A DNA stretch of 63,986 bases, counting the filler, from Sanchytrium tribonematis (Eukaryota), in assembly GCA_018985235.1 (NCBI GenBank). It is 5 parts of 5 records of this genome, joined end to end, with 100 filler letters (N's around TTAATTAATTAA, not from the genome) between each part and the next. Parts side by side here need not be neighbours in the genome. Positions count along the whole stretch, not along the records: positions 40,763 to 54,184 come from JADGIG010000190.1; positions 54,285 to 63,986 come from JADGIG010000322.1; 3 more parts are not named here. The stretch is one strand, 5' to 3'. Numbering within the stretch: position 1 is the first letter of the stretch; the number at the start of each line of letters is the position of its first letter. Under the pieces are notes generated by a model. That model was not told the DNA's origin, searched no databases, and saw nothing but the letters and a program-made list of their open reading frames with translations. This document shows, one piece after another, positions 44,044 to 54,547 of this stretch. Both the position numbers and the translations under genes were made by a program.

Positions 44044-47000
44044 TTATTTTTGTTTGTAAAAATTTTGGTACACGGCTTTTCGCATGGAATTTCGAGGTGC
44101 TGTTGTTTCTGTCCAAATTTCAAATTGTTGGTAACCCTGAGCAATTAATATATCAATTCCAGCTACATTTTTGGAAATTTGCTTCATAAATGGAGTGTCT
44201 CTTGGAGAATAACTTAATTCTACCAAATAATCAGACTTTGGAAGTTGAAAAGTTTGTGCAGTGTGTGGAATAGTGGCAATTATTAGATCGAATTCTCCTG
44301 TAAGTTCCGTTAAAACCTCGCCCTGAAATTGATCGGCTAATGAGCGTGCTTTCTCAATCGTTCTATTCCAAATAAATAGACTAACATGCCACTGATTAAC
44401 CGCATAACAAGCTGCTCTTGATGTTCCACCTGCTCCAATAACCAAGACATTATTAGGTTTTCTTCCTAATAGATTTAATGCGCAATCTCGGACACCGATC
44501 CAATCAGTGTTGTACCCATGCAGCTTGCCATTTATCTTTTTTACAGTATTAACTGCTCCAATTGCTTTTGACTCAGGACTCAAGTAATCGCAGAAGTTTA
44601 AAATAGATTCTTTCAATGGAATGGTAACAGACGCGCCGCCAAAATCATCATCCTTTAAGATAGTGGATAATTTTTCTACATTGTTCGCTTCGAACAAGTT
44701 GTATTTGTATGGAAAGCCGACGACTTGAAATCCGCAGTTGTGTAGCGTTGGTGATTGACTTGTCGAAATTGGATAACCAAATAAGTAAAATTGTAAAGGC
44801 TTTACAATTCCTAGCTGGGATTTAATTTCATTAATTTTCTGCCATGTTAGTTGTCCAGTGGCTGCTTTGGATAGTTTTGCATGTGTTACCGGAACGAATT
44901 CTGAGAAGATTCGAGACAATGGTGCACCATTTCCCATATTGCAACAAATTAGCTTCTTAGTAAAATTATCGTTAAACCACTTTTTAAATTGCAACAGAGG
45001 GTCGAGATCTTCTCCAAAACCAATGATTTTGACCAAATCTTCTTTTTGCTGCATTTTATTAGCAATGTTTCGGGTCTCAAATGACATCCAGTCAATTGGT
45101 TCAAACGAATGGTAGGAACTAATGATTTTAGATTTGGTTTTGATATCAATATTTCTACAAAATTCAATATCAATATATTCGCATGACCACTTGGAGGCAG
45201 CCTCTAAAAGAGATTTGTACTGTTTTTCATCGTAAATAAATTTTCCTCCTTCAAGATTTGTTCGTACTGTAAAAATAATTGGTTTTTTAATAAGATATTT
45301 TAAATAAAATATCTGCTCACCGATTTTGTCGAGATCTCTAGAATCTAAAAGGTCAACTCGCACTTCAACAGCTGAAGCGGAATCAGTAATTTCAAGTAAC
45401 TGTTCATTCTCAATAAATGTGTAATTTGGCATGGTTAGACAAACAAAATTAGTTTCTGCTCCACAAGTGGGCTTTAATATACCATTCACAAAGTCAACGA
45501 AGAGGTTTTGCAATAGATCAAAGTCGTAACGTCCATTGATTTTAAAGCATCTGAATTCGAAGTCACAAGTGTCATAATACGCAGCATGCCTTCGATTATA
45601 GACATTTAAGAAAGGCTCTTCATATTTCGGACGATTTTCGTCATTTAAAAATTCTTGTTGAAGATCTTTTGAATCCCGTTGTAGAAAAATTACAATATCG
45701 GAACATTCTTGAAGTGCCATTTTTGAATTTTCAAAGTCAATAATTCCTCCCCCGCAAGAAATAACAGTCTTGTTCCTTACCATTGCTTTTTTTAAAATTT
45801 TATATTCTATTTCTCTAAAATTTTGCCATCCCATCTGCTCAATATGCTCCTTGATTGAGCTCCCCAAGGAACATTTTATTTCATCGTCTAGATCCAAGAA
45901 TGAATATTGCAATTTTGAGGCCAAAAACTTTCCAAAATGTGACTTACCCACTCCTCTCATACCAATTAGATATATATTTTGAGTGTTTTCTTCAAATTTT
46001 TGCTCAGGTATTTCCACTCCTTCCATTTTTACTTCGAAAGTATTTTTAAGAATATCAAACCATTGTGGAAAAGTTTTCTCGACACATTTACGATCATTTA
46101 AAACGCAACCTTGTTTTACGCCGAGAAGGGAAAAACTCATGGCTACTCTATGATCTTCCTGGCAATCAATAAAACCTTCCTTAAGGTCATTTTGAGGAAA
46201 CACTGTCATTCCATCTCCAAACTCTTCTGTTTTCACCCCAAAGGTTTTCAAACCTTCACGCATTGCTGTGATTCTGTTGCATTCTTTCACCCTTTGATTT
46301 GCAATTCCAGATATCTTAGTATATCCCTCAGTAGTGATTGCACCCAAGGCTGCGGCAGTAAGAAATGCATCAGTCAAAACTTCCATGTCAATGTCGAATA
46401 AGGGTAGACATCTGGGAACACCAATTACTGAGGTGTATTTATCTTGAATTACCTCACACCCCATTTTTCCTAAAATTATTTTTGCAAATTTAGAGTCCCC
46501 TTGAGTGGAATCAGCACTCAAATGAGGAATAGTAACTTTGGTGTTGGTTACAGCCGCAAAAGCTAAAGGGTATGTGGCTGAAGAAGCGTCTGGTTCTACG
46601 AAATAATCAAGTGGATTCTCATAGCATTTCCGAGGGATCTTGAAAGTAAACTGATCAATTTGCTCAACCTCAACGCCAAATTTAGCCATAATATCTAAAG
46701 TCATATCGATATATTGACGACTGATAACCGTGCCGCCAGTAAGCTTTAAAGTAACTTGCTCTAATGCGTAAGGAGCACATAGAAGTATCGAAGAAACATA
46801 TTGGGATGAAATTTTTGCGTCTAGCTCAATTAAACCACCTTTGAATCCTTTTGAGATAATTTTCAAAGGTAGGCAGCCACTCTTCTCCAGATACTCAATA
46901 GTACAACCAGAAGTTCTAAGAGCATCGACTAATGGATGGATTGGTCTCAATTTCATTCTTTCATTACCTGTCAAAGTGACTTCGCCACAAATTAAATTAA

Positions 47001-48450
47001 GGGCAGTTGTTAGAAATCTGGCCGCTGTTCCTGCATTGCTGATGAATATCTCCTTTTCAGGTAGCGAAATCTTACCTCCTCCGCCGTTGATCAAAATCGT
47101 ATTGCCATTTTCCAAAAATTCAAAGGAGCAGACTTTAAGCATTTTAAGAGCATTTAACATTACCTGTGTGTCCTCAGAGTGTAAAAGGTTCTGGATTTTG
47201 ATAGAACCTTGTCCAAGTGCCGCAACTAGCAAGACTCTGTTTGACAAAGATTTCGAACCAGGAACCTCAAGTTCGAACTCCTTCGTGTTACTACAAAATG
47301 GATATATACGTATACCTTTACACAAATGCAATTCCAGAACATTTTTTTCTACTATTGAAGCTTGATTTTCGACAGTTGATCCAATATCTTTGAGAAGAAC
47401 AACTTTAATCTTTTTACCTGAATTCTTTTTATCAATTGCTATGTAACTCATCAATTTTTTTAGACTGATGTCTCTATTCTTGATACGAGATCTCAGTGAA
47501 TCGGAAAAAAAGTTGGTTGGTAATTTAAAAGTTTTCAACAATCGCTCTAGCCTTCCCAAAGAAACATGACTGAGATTGTTCAAATGTCGAGAAATTTCTG
47601 CTTCTATAGTCATTCCTAAAGAAACGCATTCACCATGTAAGAGGTCTGGAAATACGGCGGCCTCGATGCCATGACCAACAGTATGCCCGAAATTCAGCAA
47701 TCCCCGCAATCCGCCTTCTTTTTCATCTTTAGTTACGATTGCAGCCTTAATTTTGACGGACTCTTCGACAATATGGATTAATATACTCGCAATTGCATCC
47801 GAAAATAATCCATTTTGTAAAGACAAGGAATTGAGCAAATTATCAGCATTCTCTTCTAAAAATAAAAACTCTCTGCTATTACCAATTGCAGCTGTTTTTA
47901 TCACCTCTGCCATTCCATTGCAAAAATGTCTTTCTGGAAGTGTGACTAAATATCGAACATCAATAAAAACATGTATTGGCTGATGAAAAGCTCCAATTAA
48001 ATTTTTACCAGATTTAGTGTCGAGTCCTGTTTTGCCTCCAATACTTGAATCAACCATTGCTAATAGCGTGGTTGGTATCTGTATGACAGGAACACCTCGC
48101 ATGTAGGTACTAGCTACGAATCCGACTAAATCACCAACAACTCCTCCTCCTAACGCTATTAAAATTGTGTCTCGATGGCACTTATTAGATAGTAAGAAAT
48201 CTTCTATTTTCTCTTTTGTGGACCTAGTTTTGAACACTTCTCCATCCGCAATGCAAAATTTGAGAACAGTTTTTTCGGTTTCCAATAAATTCTTTTGCAA
48301 CTCATTCACATATCCCAGTTTTTCAATAGCTATATCTGATATAATAGCGATTGTAGAGCATGGCTTTTGAATGACAAAATCATTTATAACACCTTGTAAA
48401 TTGTGCCCTATTGTAATTGATTCTTTGCCAAGAATAGAAACGTGTTTCAT
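44044..48450 (-). CDS. ARO1: Pentafunctional AROM protein
   Basis: DHQ synthase (GGGVVGD), EPSP synthase (PGSKSLSNR, DHRVAMSF), shikimate kinase (GMRGVGKS), DHQase and shikimate dehydrogenase (NTDWIG) in canonical order. Confidence 0.97.
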   Translation of the reverse strand: MKHVSILGKESITIGHNLQGVINDFVIQKPCSTIAIISDIAIEKLGYVNELQKNLLETEKTVLKFCIADGEVFKTRSTKEKIEDFLLSNKCHRDTILIALGGGVVGDLVGFVASTYMRGVPVIQIPTTLLAMVDSSIGGKTGLDTKSGKNLIGAFHQPIHVFIDVRYLVTLPERHFCNGMAEVIKTAAIGNSREFLFLEENADNLLNSLSLQNGLFSDAIASILIHIVEESVKIKAAIVTKDEKEGGLRGLLNFGHTVGHGIEAAVFPDLLHGECVSLGMTIEAEISRHLNNLSHVSLGRLERLLKTFKLPTNFFSDSLRSRIKNRDISLKKLMSYIAIDKKNSGKKIKVVLLKDIGSTVENQASIVEKNVLELHLCKGIRIYPFCSNTKEFELEVPGSKSLSNRVLLVAALGQGSIKIQNLLHSEDTQVMLNALKMLKVCSFEFLENGNTILINGGGGKISLPEKEIFISNAGTAARFLTTALNLICGEVTLTGNERMKLRPIHPLVDALRTSGCTIEYLEKSGCLPLKIISKGFKGGLIELDAKISSQYVSSILLCAPYALEQVTLKLTGGTVISRQYIDMTLDIMAKFGVEVEQIDQFTFKIPRKCYENPLDYFVEPDASSATYPLAFAAVTNTKVTIPHLSADSTQGDSKFAKIILGKMGCEVIQDKYTSVIGVPRCLPLFDIDMEVLTDAFLTAAALGAITTEGYTKISGIANQRVKECNRITAMREGLKTFGVKTEEFGDGMTVFPQNDLKEGFIDCQEDHRVAMSFSLLGVKQGCVLNDRKCVEKTFPQWFDILKNTFEVKMEGVEIPEQKFEENTQNIYLIGMRGVGKSHFGKFLASKLQYSFLDLDDEIKCSLGSSIKEHIEQMGWQNFREIEYKILKKAMVRNKTVISCGGGIIDFENSKMALQECSDIVIFLQRDSKDLQQEFLNDENRPKYEEPFLNVYNRRHAAYYDTCDFEFRCFKINGRYDFDLLQNLFVDFVNGILKPTCGAETNFVCLTMPNYTFIENEQLLEITDSASAVEVRVDLLDSRDLDKIGEQIFYLKYLIKKPIIFTVRTNLEGGKFIYDEKQYKSLLEAASKWSCEYIDIEFCRNIDIKTKSKIISSYHSFEPIDWMSFETRNIANKMQQKEDLVKIIGFGEDLDPLLQFKKWFNDNFTKKLICCNMGNGAPLSRIFSEFVPVTHAKLSKAATGQLTWQKINEIKSQLGIVKPLQFYLFGYPISTSQSPTLHNCGFQVVGFPYKYNLFEANNVEKLSTILKDDDFGGASVTIPLKESILNFCDYLSPESKAIGAVNTVKKINGKLHGYNTDWIGVRDCALNLLGRKPNNVLVIGAGGTSRAACYAVNQWHVSLFIWNRTIEKARSLADQFQGEVLTELTGEFDLIIATIPHTAQTFQLPKSDYLVELSYSPRDTPFMKQISKNVAGIDILIAQGYQQFEIWTETTAPRNSMRKAVYQNFYKQK

Positions 48451-48596
48451 GAGGTAAATTTGAATGCGGAGTTTAAAAGTGAATTCGAGAAGAAGTTATC
48501 GAACCTGAAAGAAATCAAAAAGATTGAAGATCATAATGTTTAAGGTTATATAGACAAATTTATTTTGGTTTGACCCCGTGAGGCTTTATTTCAAAA

Positions 48597-49454
48597 ATGA
48601 ATTCGGTTCAATGTCTTCGTTATTTTTTTATGCTGCTACTGGCTGCTGCCGCAATTTTGGGCATATTTGTATTTCCCAAGCATCTGCCTGCGGTTCTTGA
48701 GTGGATTCGGACACAGCAGCTTCTTGGAAGTATATTATTTATTATAACATGTGCTGTTTCTATCTGGTGTGTATCGCCTGTTTCTATTTTTATTATAGCT
48801 GCAGGATTTATGTATGGAATATGGTGGGGGTCCTTAATAGCATATATTGGGTATGTGTGTGGCATGTTAGGAGCGTTTTTATTAGGAAAAACTATTCTCC
48901 GAAGTTCTGTTCAAGCTTGGCTTTATGAAAAATATCCTTCTTATGAGTCTATAGACCAAGCTATAAGTGGACAGGGATTCAAGATCCTAATTTTATTTCG
49001 ATTAAGCCCAGTGCTACCGTGTAATGTCATCAATTATATATGTTCATTGACTAGTATTTCGTTTCCTTCATATGCCTTCGCCTCCATATTCGGAGTTATT
49101 CCTACTGTTATTATTTATGCAAATATTGGTGCTATGGTGGGAAGCCTTTCTGGTTTAGGTTTTGAACATGTGGAAATTCCACCAAGGACCAAAAATATGA
49201 TGATTTTGTTGTCATCCGTATTCACGACCCTTAGCCTAGTTCTCATTGGAGTCATATCAAAGAAAACTTTGAGGCAACAACTTTTACCGATTGTTGATGA
49301 AAGAGTCGATCTTTCTAAAGATGAAGAGGAAGGAAATGTTGATGTTCAACCAATAGCTGGCTACCTGTATTCAGAAAAAATCACAATAATATCTGTGATA
49401 ACTCTGAGCTCAATTGCCCTGATCGTTGGCTGCACGTTGATACTAATAAACTAA
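48597..49454 (+). CDS. TVP38: TVP38/TMEM64 (VTT/DedA) Golgi membrane protein
   Basis: AGFMYG and LFRLSPVLPCNVINY motifs; multiple TM helices. Confidence 0.88.
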   Translation: MNSVQCLRYFFMLLLAAAAILGIFVFPKHLPAVLEWIRTQQLLGSILFIITCAVSIWCVSPVSIFIIAAGFMYGIWWGSLIAYIGYVCGMLGAFLLGKTILRSSVQAWLYEKYPSYESIDQAISGQGFKILILFRLSPVLPCNVINYICSLTSISFPSYAFASIFGVIPTVIIYANIGAMVGSLSGLGFEHVEIPPRTKNMMILLSSVFTTLSLVLIGVISKKTLRQQLLPIVDERVDLSKDEEEGNVDVQPIAGYLYSEKITIISVITLSSIALIVGCTLILIN

Positions 49455-49492
49455 TATATGTTATATAATGGAACTTTGTCACTATTCAGGAA

Positions 49493-49566
49493 GCCTCTGT
49501 AGCTCAGTTTGGTAGAGCGTTGGACTTTTAATCCAAAGGCCAGGGGATCGAGACCCCTCGGAGGCG
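49493..49566 (+). tRNA. tRNA-Lys (anticodon TTT)
   Basis: Cloverleaf: acceptor GCCTCTG/CGGAGGC, D arm GCTC/GAGC, anticodon arm TTGGA-CTTTTAA-TCCAA, T arm AGGGG/CCCCT; T-run downstream. Confidence 0.93.
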
Positions 49567-49730
49567 TTATTTTGCAATTTATTCATTTCAGATTTTTGAT
49601 TATCGCACAGTTGCCTATTTATATGTTGTCAGTAAACAAACTTTAAAGAATTCCACTCTAAGGATACTAGCCAATTAAATAAATTTTTGAAGTCTTATCT
49701 GCTTAGAGGGGTTGAGGGACAAACTGAATA

Positions 49731-51455
49731 ATGTTCAAGTCAATTCGAGTTGTACCGGAGGATCTTATTGACATTGTCTTGTCAAAAACCCAACGAAAAA
49801 CTCCAACAGAGGTGCACCCTAATTTTCAAATCTCTAGGATCCGAAAGTTTTATATGACCAAAGTTAAATTTACTCAGCAGGAATTTATTGAAAGAATTGA
49901 TGTCATTTTGACCGATTTCCCAAAGTTAGAAGACATTCATCCTTTTTATTCGGATCTTCTTAATGTATTGTACGACAAAGACCACTACAAAATGGCACTT
50001 GGACATTTGAATTTAACAAAAAACAAGATTTCGGCTATTGGAAAAGAGTACGTCAAGTTACTCAAGTACGCTGACTCTTTGTATCGTGCTAAAATGCTCA
50101 AAAGAGCGGCTTTGGGCCGTATGGTCACGATGGTCAAGAAACAAAATAAGGCTTTAACTTATCTGGAACAAGTTCGTCAGCATATGGGTCGTTTACCCAG
50201 CATTGATCCAACAACCAGAACACTCTTGGTCTGTGGATACCCCAATGTGGGAAAGTCTAGTTTTATGAACAAAGTCTCTAGAGCTCAAGTTGATGTTCAA
50301 CCTTATGCTTTCACTACAAAAGCGCTTTATGTGGGACACTTCGACTATAATTACTTGAGATGGCAGGTTATTGATACACCGGGCGTGCTAGACCATCCAT
50401 TGGAAGATCGAAATACTATTGAAATGCAAAGTATAACTGCATTAGCTCATATTAGATCCTGCATTATTTATTTTATTGATTTGTCTGAGCAATGTGGCTA
50501 TTCTATCAAGGATCAATGTAATTTGTTTAGTTCTATTAAGCCACTTTTTGCCAACAAGCCTACTATGATTGTTTGCTCAAAAAGTGACCTTAAAACTTTA
50601 GATTCGCTACAGGCAGATGAAATGGACTATTTCAAGAGAACATTTGAAGGATATCAGATCCAGTCTCTGAGCAGTATGACAGAGGAAAACGTAATTGGAG
50701 TGAGAAATGGTGCATGTGAGATGCTTTTAGCTCAAAGATTAGAACAAAAATTTTTAAAAAACAAGGCTGACTCTATTTTAGACAAATTGAATGTCGCTTT
50801 ACCAAAAAACAGAGACAATGTACAAAGACCGGCTGCGATTCCCAGGGATATTCTTGAAAAAACCACTGCAAATATTCCTTTGTATGACAAGAGTGATCCT
50901 AATAGAAGAGTTTTGGAAAGAGATTTGGAGCTTCAAAATGGAGGTACAGGTGTATATAGTGTAGATCTGAAAAAGAAATATATTTTAGAAAACGAGGATT
51001 GGAAATATGATCCAATTCCTGAAATTATGGACGGAAGGAATGTTGCTGACTTTTTCGATTCTGATATTCAGGAAAAACTTCTTGCTTTGGAAAAAGAAGA
51101 AGATGCTTTGCTGCAAAGCGGTCAATATAATCTGTCGCTCAGAAATCCCGTTGCAAAGCAACTGAAACAAATTGCTGCAATTGTGTCAGAACGTAGAATT
51201 GTTGCCGCACAAATGCACAAAATCAATCGTAAAACATTTAAAGCAGACAAACTTAAGCCTAAACGTAGACCGGCAGCAATGGAAACTGATAGTGATTTGA
51301 GTGATATTGAGATGACTGACACAGCTGTATCTCGAGAAATGAAGGAAATTAAAAAAGGTATTATTAGAAAAGATGAATTGGATAGGAGAATTATATCTAA
51401 AATGCCTAAGCATTTATTTTCCGGTAAGAGAGGACAGAAAGCAGATAGAAGATAA
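49731..51455 (+). CDS. NOG1: Nucleolar GTP-binding protein 1
   Basis: LSKTQRKTPT, GYPNVGKSS, DTPG and PKHLFSGKRG motifs. Confidence 0.97.
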   Translation: MFKSIRVVPEDLIDIVLSKTQRKTPTEVHPNFQISRIRKFYMTKVKFTQQEFIERIDVILTDFPKLEDIHPFYSDLLNVLYDKDHYKMALGHLNLTKNKISAIGKEYVKLLKYADSLYRAKMLKRAALGRMVTMVKKQNKALTYLEQVRQHMGRLPSIDPTTRTLLVCGYPNVGKSSFMNKVSRAQVDVQPYAFTTKALYVGHFDYNYLRWQVIDTPGVLDHPLEDRNTIEMQSITALAHIRSCIIYFIDLSEQCGYSIKDQCNLFSSIKPLFANKPTMIVCSKSDLKTLDSLQADEMDYFKRTFEGYQIQSLSSMTEENVIGVRNGACEMLLAQRLEQKFLKNKADSILDKLNVALPKNRDNVQRPAAIPRDILEKTTANIPLYDKSDPNRRVLERDLELQNGGTGVYSVDLKKKYILENEDWKYDPIPEIMDGRNVADFFDSDIQEKLLALEKEEDALLQSGQYNLSLRNPVAKQLKQIAAIVSERRIVAAQMHKINRKTFKADKLKPKRRPAAMETDSDLSDIEMTDTAVSREMKEIKKGIIRKDELDRRIISKMPKHLFSGKRGQKADRR

Positions 51456-51460
51456 TAAAT

Positions 51461-54184
51461 TTATTGAAACAAACTTTTTACAGACGGCCTTGAATTCGTC
51501 TTACGCTTCGATACATTGTCACTCTTAGAGGTACCCGATTTCAGTTCTAATTTTTCTGACGCATCCGATAGGGTTTTCAATTCTAATGATATTTGATTCG
51601 ATATTACGGGTATAATTAAAGATCCGTTGCGTATACTATTGGATATTTCAGTCTCCATTGATTTTAAGTCTACATCATCGTCCGCACTCAATTCGACTCG
51701 AATTTTGGTGCTGGAATCGTTGTTCGAAAATGGGACAAGTTCGAATGACTCAATATCTTGAGGGTCTATTTTAAGTGTATTGCTAATGCTATTTTTATAT
51801 TGTTCCATATTTTTAAATAAATAACCTTCGGTACAAACACCTACATAAAAACTTTATACTTGACATGGACAAAATTAATTTGGATTTCTTTTTAGTTAAA
51901 TTTTTCAGAGGTTCAATCGTATCTTCATCTACGATAGGTTCATGTATATCACCGTCAGCTAAGAAGGATTGGCTCAATTCAGTAGTATTTTTAAGCGGCA
52001 AGTTATTACCATCTTCTAAATTTTCACTATTAGGTGGACTAATTTTTGCACCAAGATTAACAATGACGGTTGTGTCCGCAGAAATCATACAGTCAAACTC
52101 ATTTGACAGTTTGATTCCAACAGTAGTGTCAGGCGGTGTAATAGTATCTACCTCAATGGATTGCTTCATGGAAACAGGCGCATCAGGCATGTAAGCCGTA
52201 TCAAAATTTGAATCTATTGAAATTGGTACCTTTTCGTCAGACACTCCCAAAATGTCATGTCTGTCGAGTAGCTCCTCGCTTTTTATTTGCTTTGGTGGTA
52301 TCGGCTTCACTTCTGCAATCATTACAGGTGGATTTGACATACTTCTTGCTCGACCTGTACTAGATTTACTAGATTGTACCACACTTTGAGTTCTTTTATG
52401 CTTTTGAGAACGAGGAGCACTTAAATTTGAGGAGTGGTGACTTGGCAAATCGTCATTCGTAACTGGCTCTGAATTACTTTCTGGGTTTTCAACTAGTAAT
52501 GTGCTTGATATTCTCTCTTCTGTTGTTGCTGCAAATGTTGGTTCTTCTAATATCGTCGTAGATTGATTTTCTTTCAAATCACTAACCAAATCTTGCCCGT
52601 ATGTTTCATTTATTCCAGAATTTGATGGTTTTATCTCAGGTTCAAAATTTAAAATTTGCATAGACTCCATGACATCAGACGATGAGCTCCCTGATGCTAA
52701 CGAAAAATCGTTTTCATAAGGGATGGCCATGGAGCTTACACTAGGGATAAAATCTAATTTTGCCACAAGATGATCATCGAAATGCATCGAGGATTTCATG
52801 CTTTCGTCTATTGAATCATGAATCAACGCATCATACGAAAACCGTAAGGTATTTTTCATTTGAAAATCAGGCTTCCATTTAATTAAAAAGTTTTTGAGAG
52901 AGTCATTATAAATAACTACAGAAGAGAACTTTTGAAGTCTAAAACCATCGATTTCTTCTTTATACTCATACTTTTTTACGTCTTCAAGAATACAAATCAT
53001 TTCGTCGAGAACAGTTTCATCAAATGACAAATCCGAGAACCACACGTCAAAACGAGGAACAAAAACCTTTCTTTGCTCCTTGATCATATTGTGAATGTAC
53101 TTTCTAATAAACTTAATATTTTCTAGTGGCAGTCTGCTATAGTCAAATATATCAAAAAGTAGTTTGGAAAATTCTAAATGAAATGAATCGCTTTTAATAG
53201 TTGTAATAATATTTGACAATTGGTTCAAAAATTCATTATAATCTTTCAGCTTTTTTTGGGAAAAAGCTAATATAAATTTTGATAATTGCGGTAGATCTTT
53301 ATCTAATTCGGCTGCCAGAGTTGAGGGCAACTGAAGATCATGCAGAGTTTCCTCTCTGTATTTCATCAATGATATGAATGCGTAGGATAAAAATAAGTCA
53401 TTTTTCCTAGTAGTATAAATTTCTGATATTAAGGAATCTACAAAAACAAAAAAGTCTGCAGCTGATAAGGCCCTTTTGAAATAGCGTTTTGTGAAAGTAG
53501 ATAACAAATCTAATATGTCTGCATCATTCATCTCTTGATCTAGTAAAGACCATGTTTTAGGAAATAACTTTAAAAACATTCGCGACACTCTTGAAAATGT
53601 ACTGAATTGCACGTCATCCTCAGGGCAAAACTTGACAATATTTGAGAGAAATAAAGCATAAGACTTATCTGATTTGAGGAATTGTTTCTGGTTCAATAGG
53701 TAAGCTATTGTTTCATAGACTTGCTCTTTAAGGGAAACAGTCTCATCCAATTTATCTTGAAGGGTTTTTTGCAATAAATTGATAAGTTCAAGGAATATGT
53801 ACGATTCTAGTTTTGGATTTAGTATTTGTAAAAATTTAAGACTCAAAACATTAAATTTAACAATTGGGCAGTAGCTTAGCCATTGGACAATCTGATCCAC
53901 CATTTTGTTTTTCAATTCTTCTCCAAAATTTGGAGCTATTTCCAGATAAAAATCCACTGCGTCGATAACCTGACTGGTTCCATGTGGGAGACCTAGCTGT
54001 GCCAATGTTAGTTCCACAACTTTTAAAATTTTTGGTTTAAGTGAATGGGACGAGTGTACAATATGCAAAATGCCAAAATGTAGTAAATATAATAGTTGGT
54101 CTGTACTAATTTGTTCTTTTTCCAAATTTATAATCGCGATATGGATATATGCTAAAAGAGATGCTGAAACCGAACCCTTATATT
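51461..54184 (-). CDS. TAO3: Large ARM-type scaffold, probably the Tao3/Furry (MOR2-PAG1) C-terminal part; 5'-truncated, last exon 51840-51461
   Basis: QWLSYCP...SLKFLQIL..L...L..TL.D resembles the Tao3 WAT.CPVRH..RSFQIFR region; a 19-nt intron joins the two ORFs. Confidence 0.55.
51841..51859 (-). other. 19-nt spliceosomal intron
   Basis: GTATAAAGTTTTTATGTAG; spliced product reads MS-S-VCTEGYLFKNMEQY. Confidence 0.8.
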
Positions 54185-54284
54185 NNNNNNNNNNNNNNNN
54201 NNNNNNNNNNNNNNNNNNNNNNNNNNNNTTAATTAATTAANNNNNNNNNNNNNNNNNNNNNNNNNNNNNNNNNNNNNNNNNNNN
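54185..54284. other. Artificial contig spacer
   Basis: N44-TTAATTAATTAA-N44. Confidence 0.99.
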
Positions 54285-54286
54285 TG

Positions 54287-54547
54287 CCTAGTGAGTGCGA
54301 AGAGTCAGGTATAGACGCTGCTTGGGCTGGAGGTAAAAATGGAAATTCAGTGGTTACGTTGCCTCTTTTAGATTCGGCGAACAGAGTCTTAAGCCAGCAC
54401 GGAAAATTGATTCTTTTACTTTTAAAGATCAATTTAAAGGACAATTTAAAAGAATATTGTTTTTCAAGGAATTTAAGTTTTAAATGTATAAAAGAAAAGC
54501 AGTGCGGACGAGAGTATTTATATATATTTGAGATTTCAAAATTCTAG
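54287..54547 (+). CDS. MTQ2: eRF1 methyltransferase Mtq2/N6AMT1, C-terminal fragment
   Basis: Frame from the contig start reads IDAAWAGGKNG...LSQHGKLILL..KQCGREYL. Confidence 0.8.
   Translation, partial: PSECEESGIDAAWAGGKNGNSVVTLPLLDSANRVLSQHGKLILLLLKINLKDNLKEYCFSRNLSFKCIKEKQCGREYLYIFEISKF

Noticed and set aside
44858..48370. Many antisense and alternative-frame ORFs over ARO1 and other genes
   Set aside because: Shadow ORFs of real genes with no motifs of their own.
13519..54284. Recurring TTAATTAATTAA palindrome about every 13.5 kb, and ORFs ending X...LIN
   Set aside because: Artificial spacer between size-sorted contigs (13483, 13461, 13422 bp); not biological.
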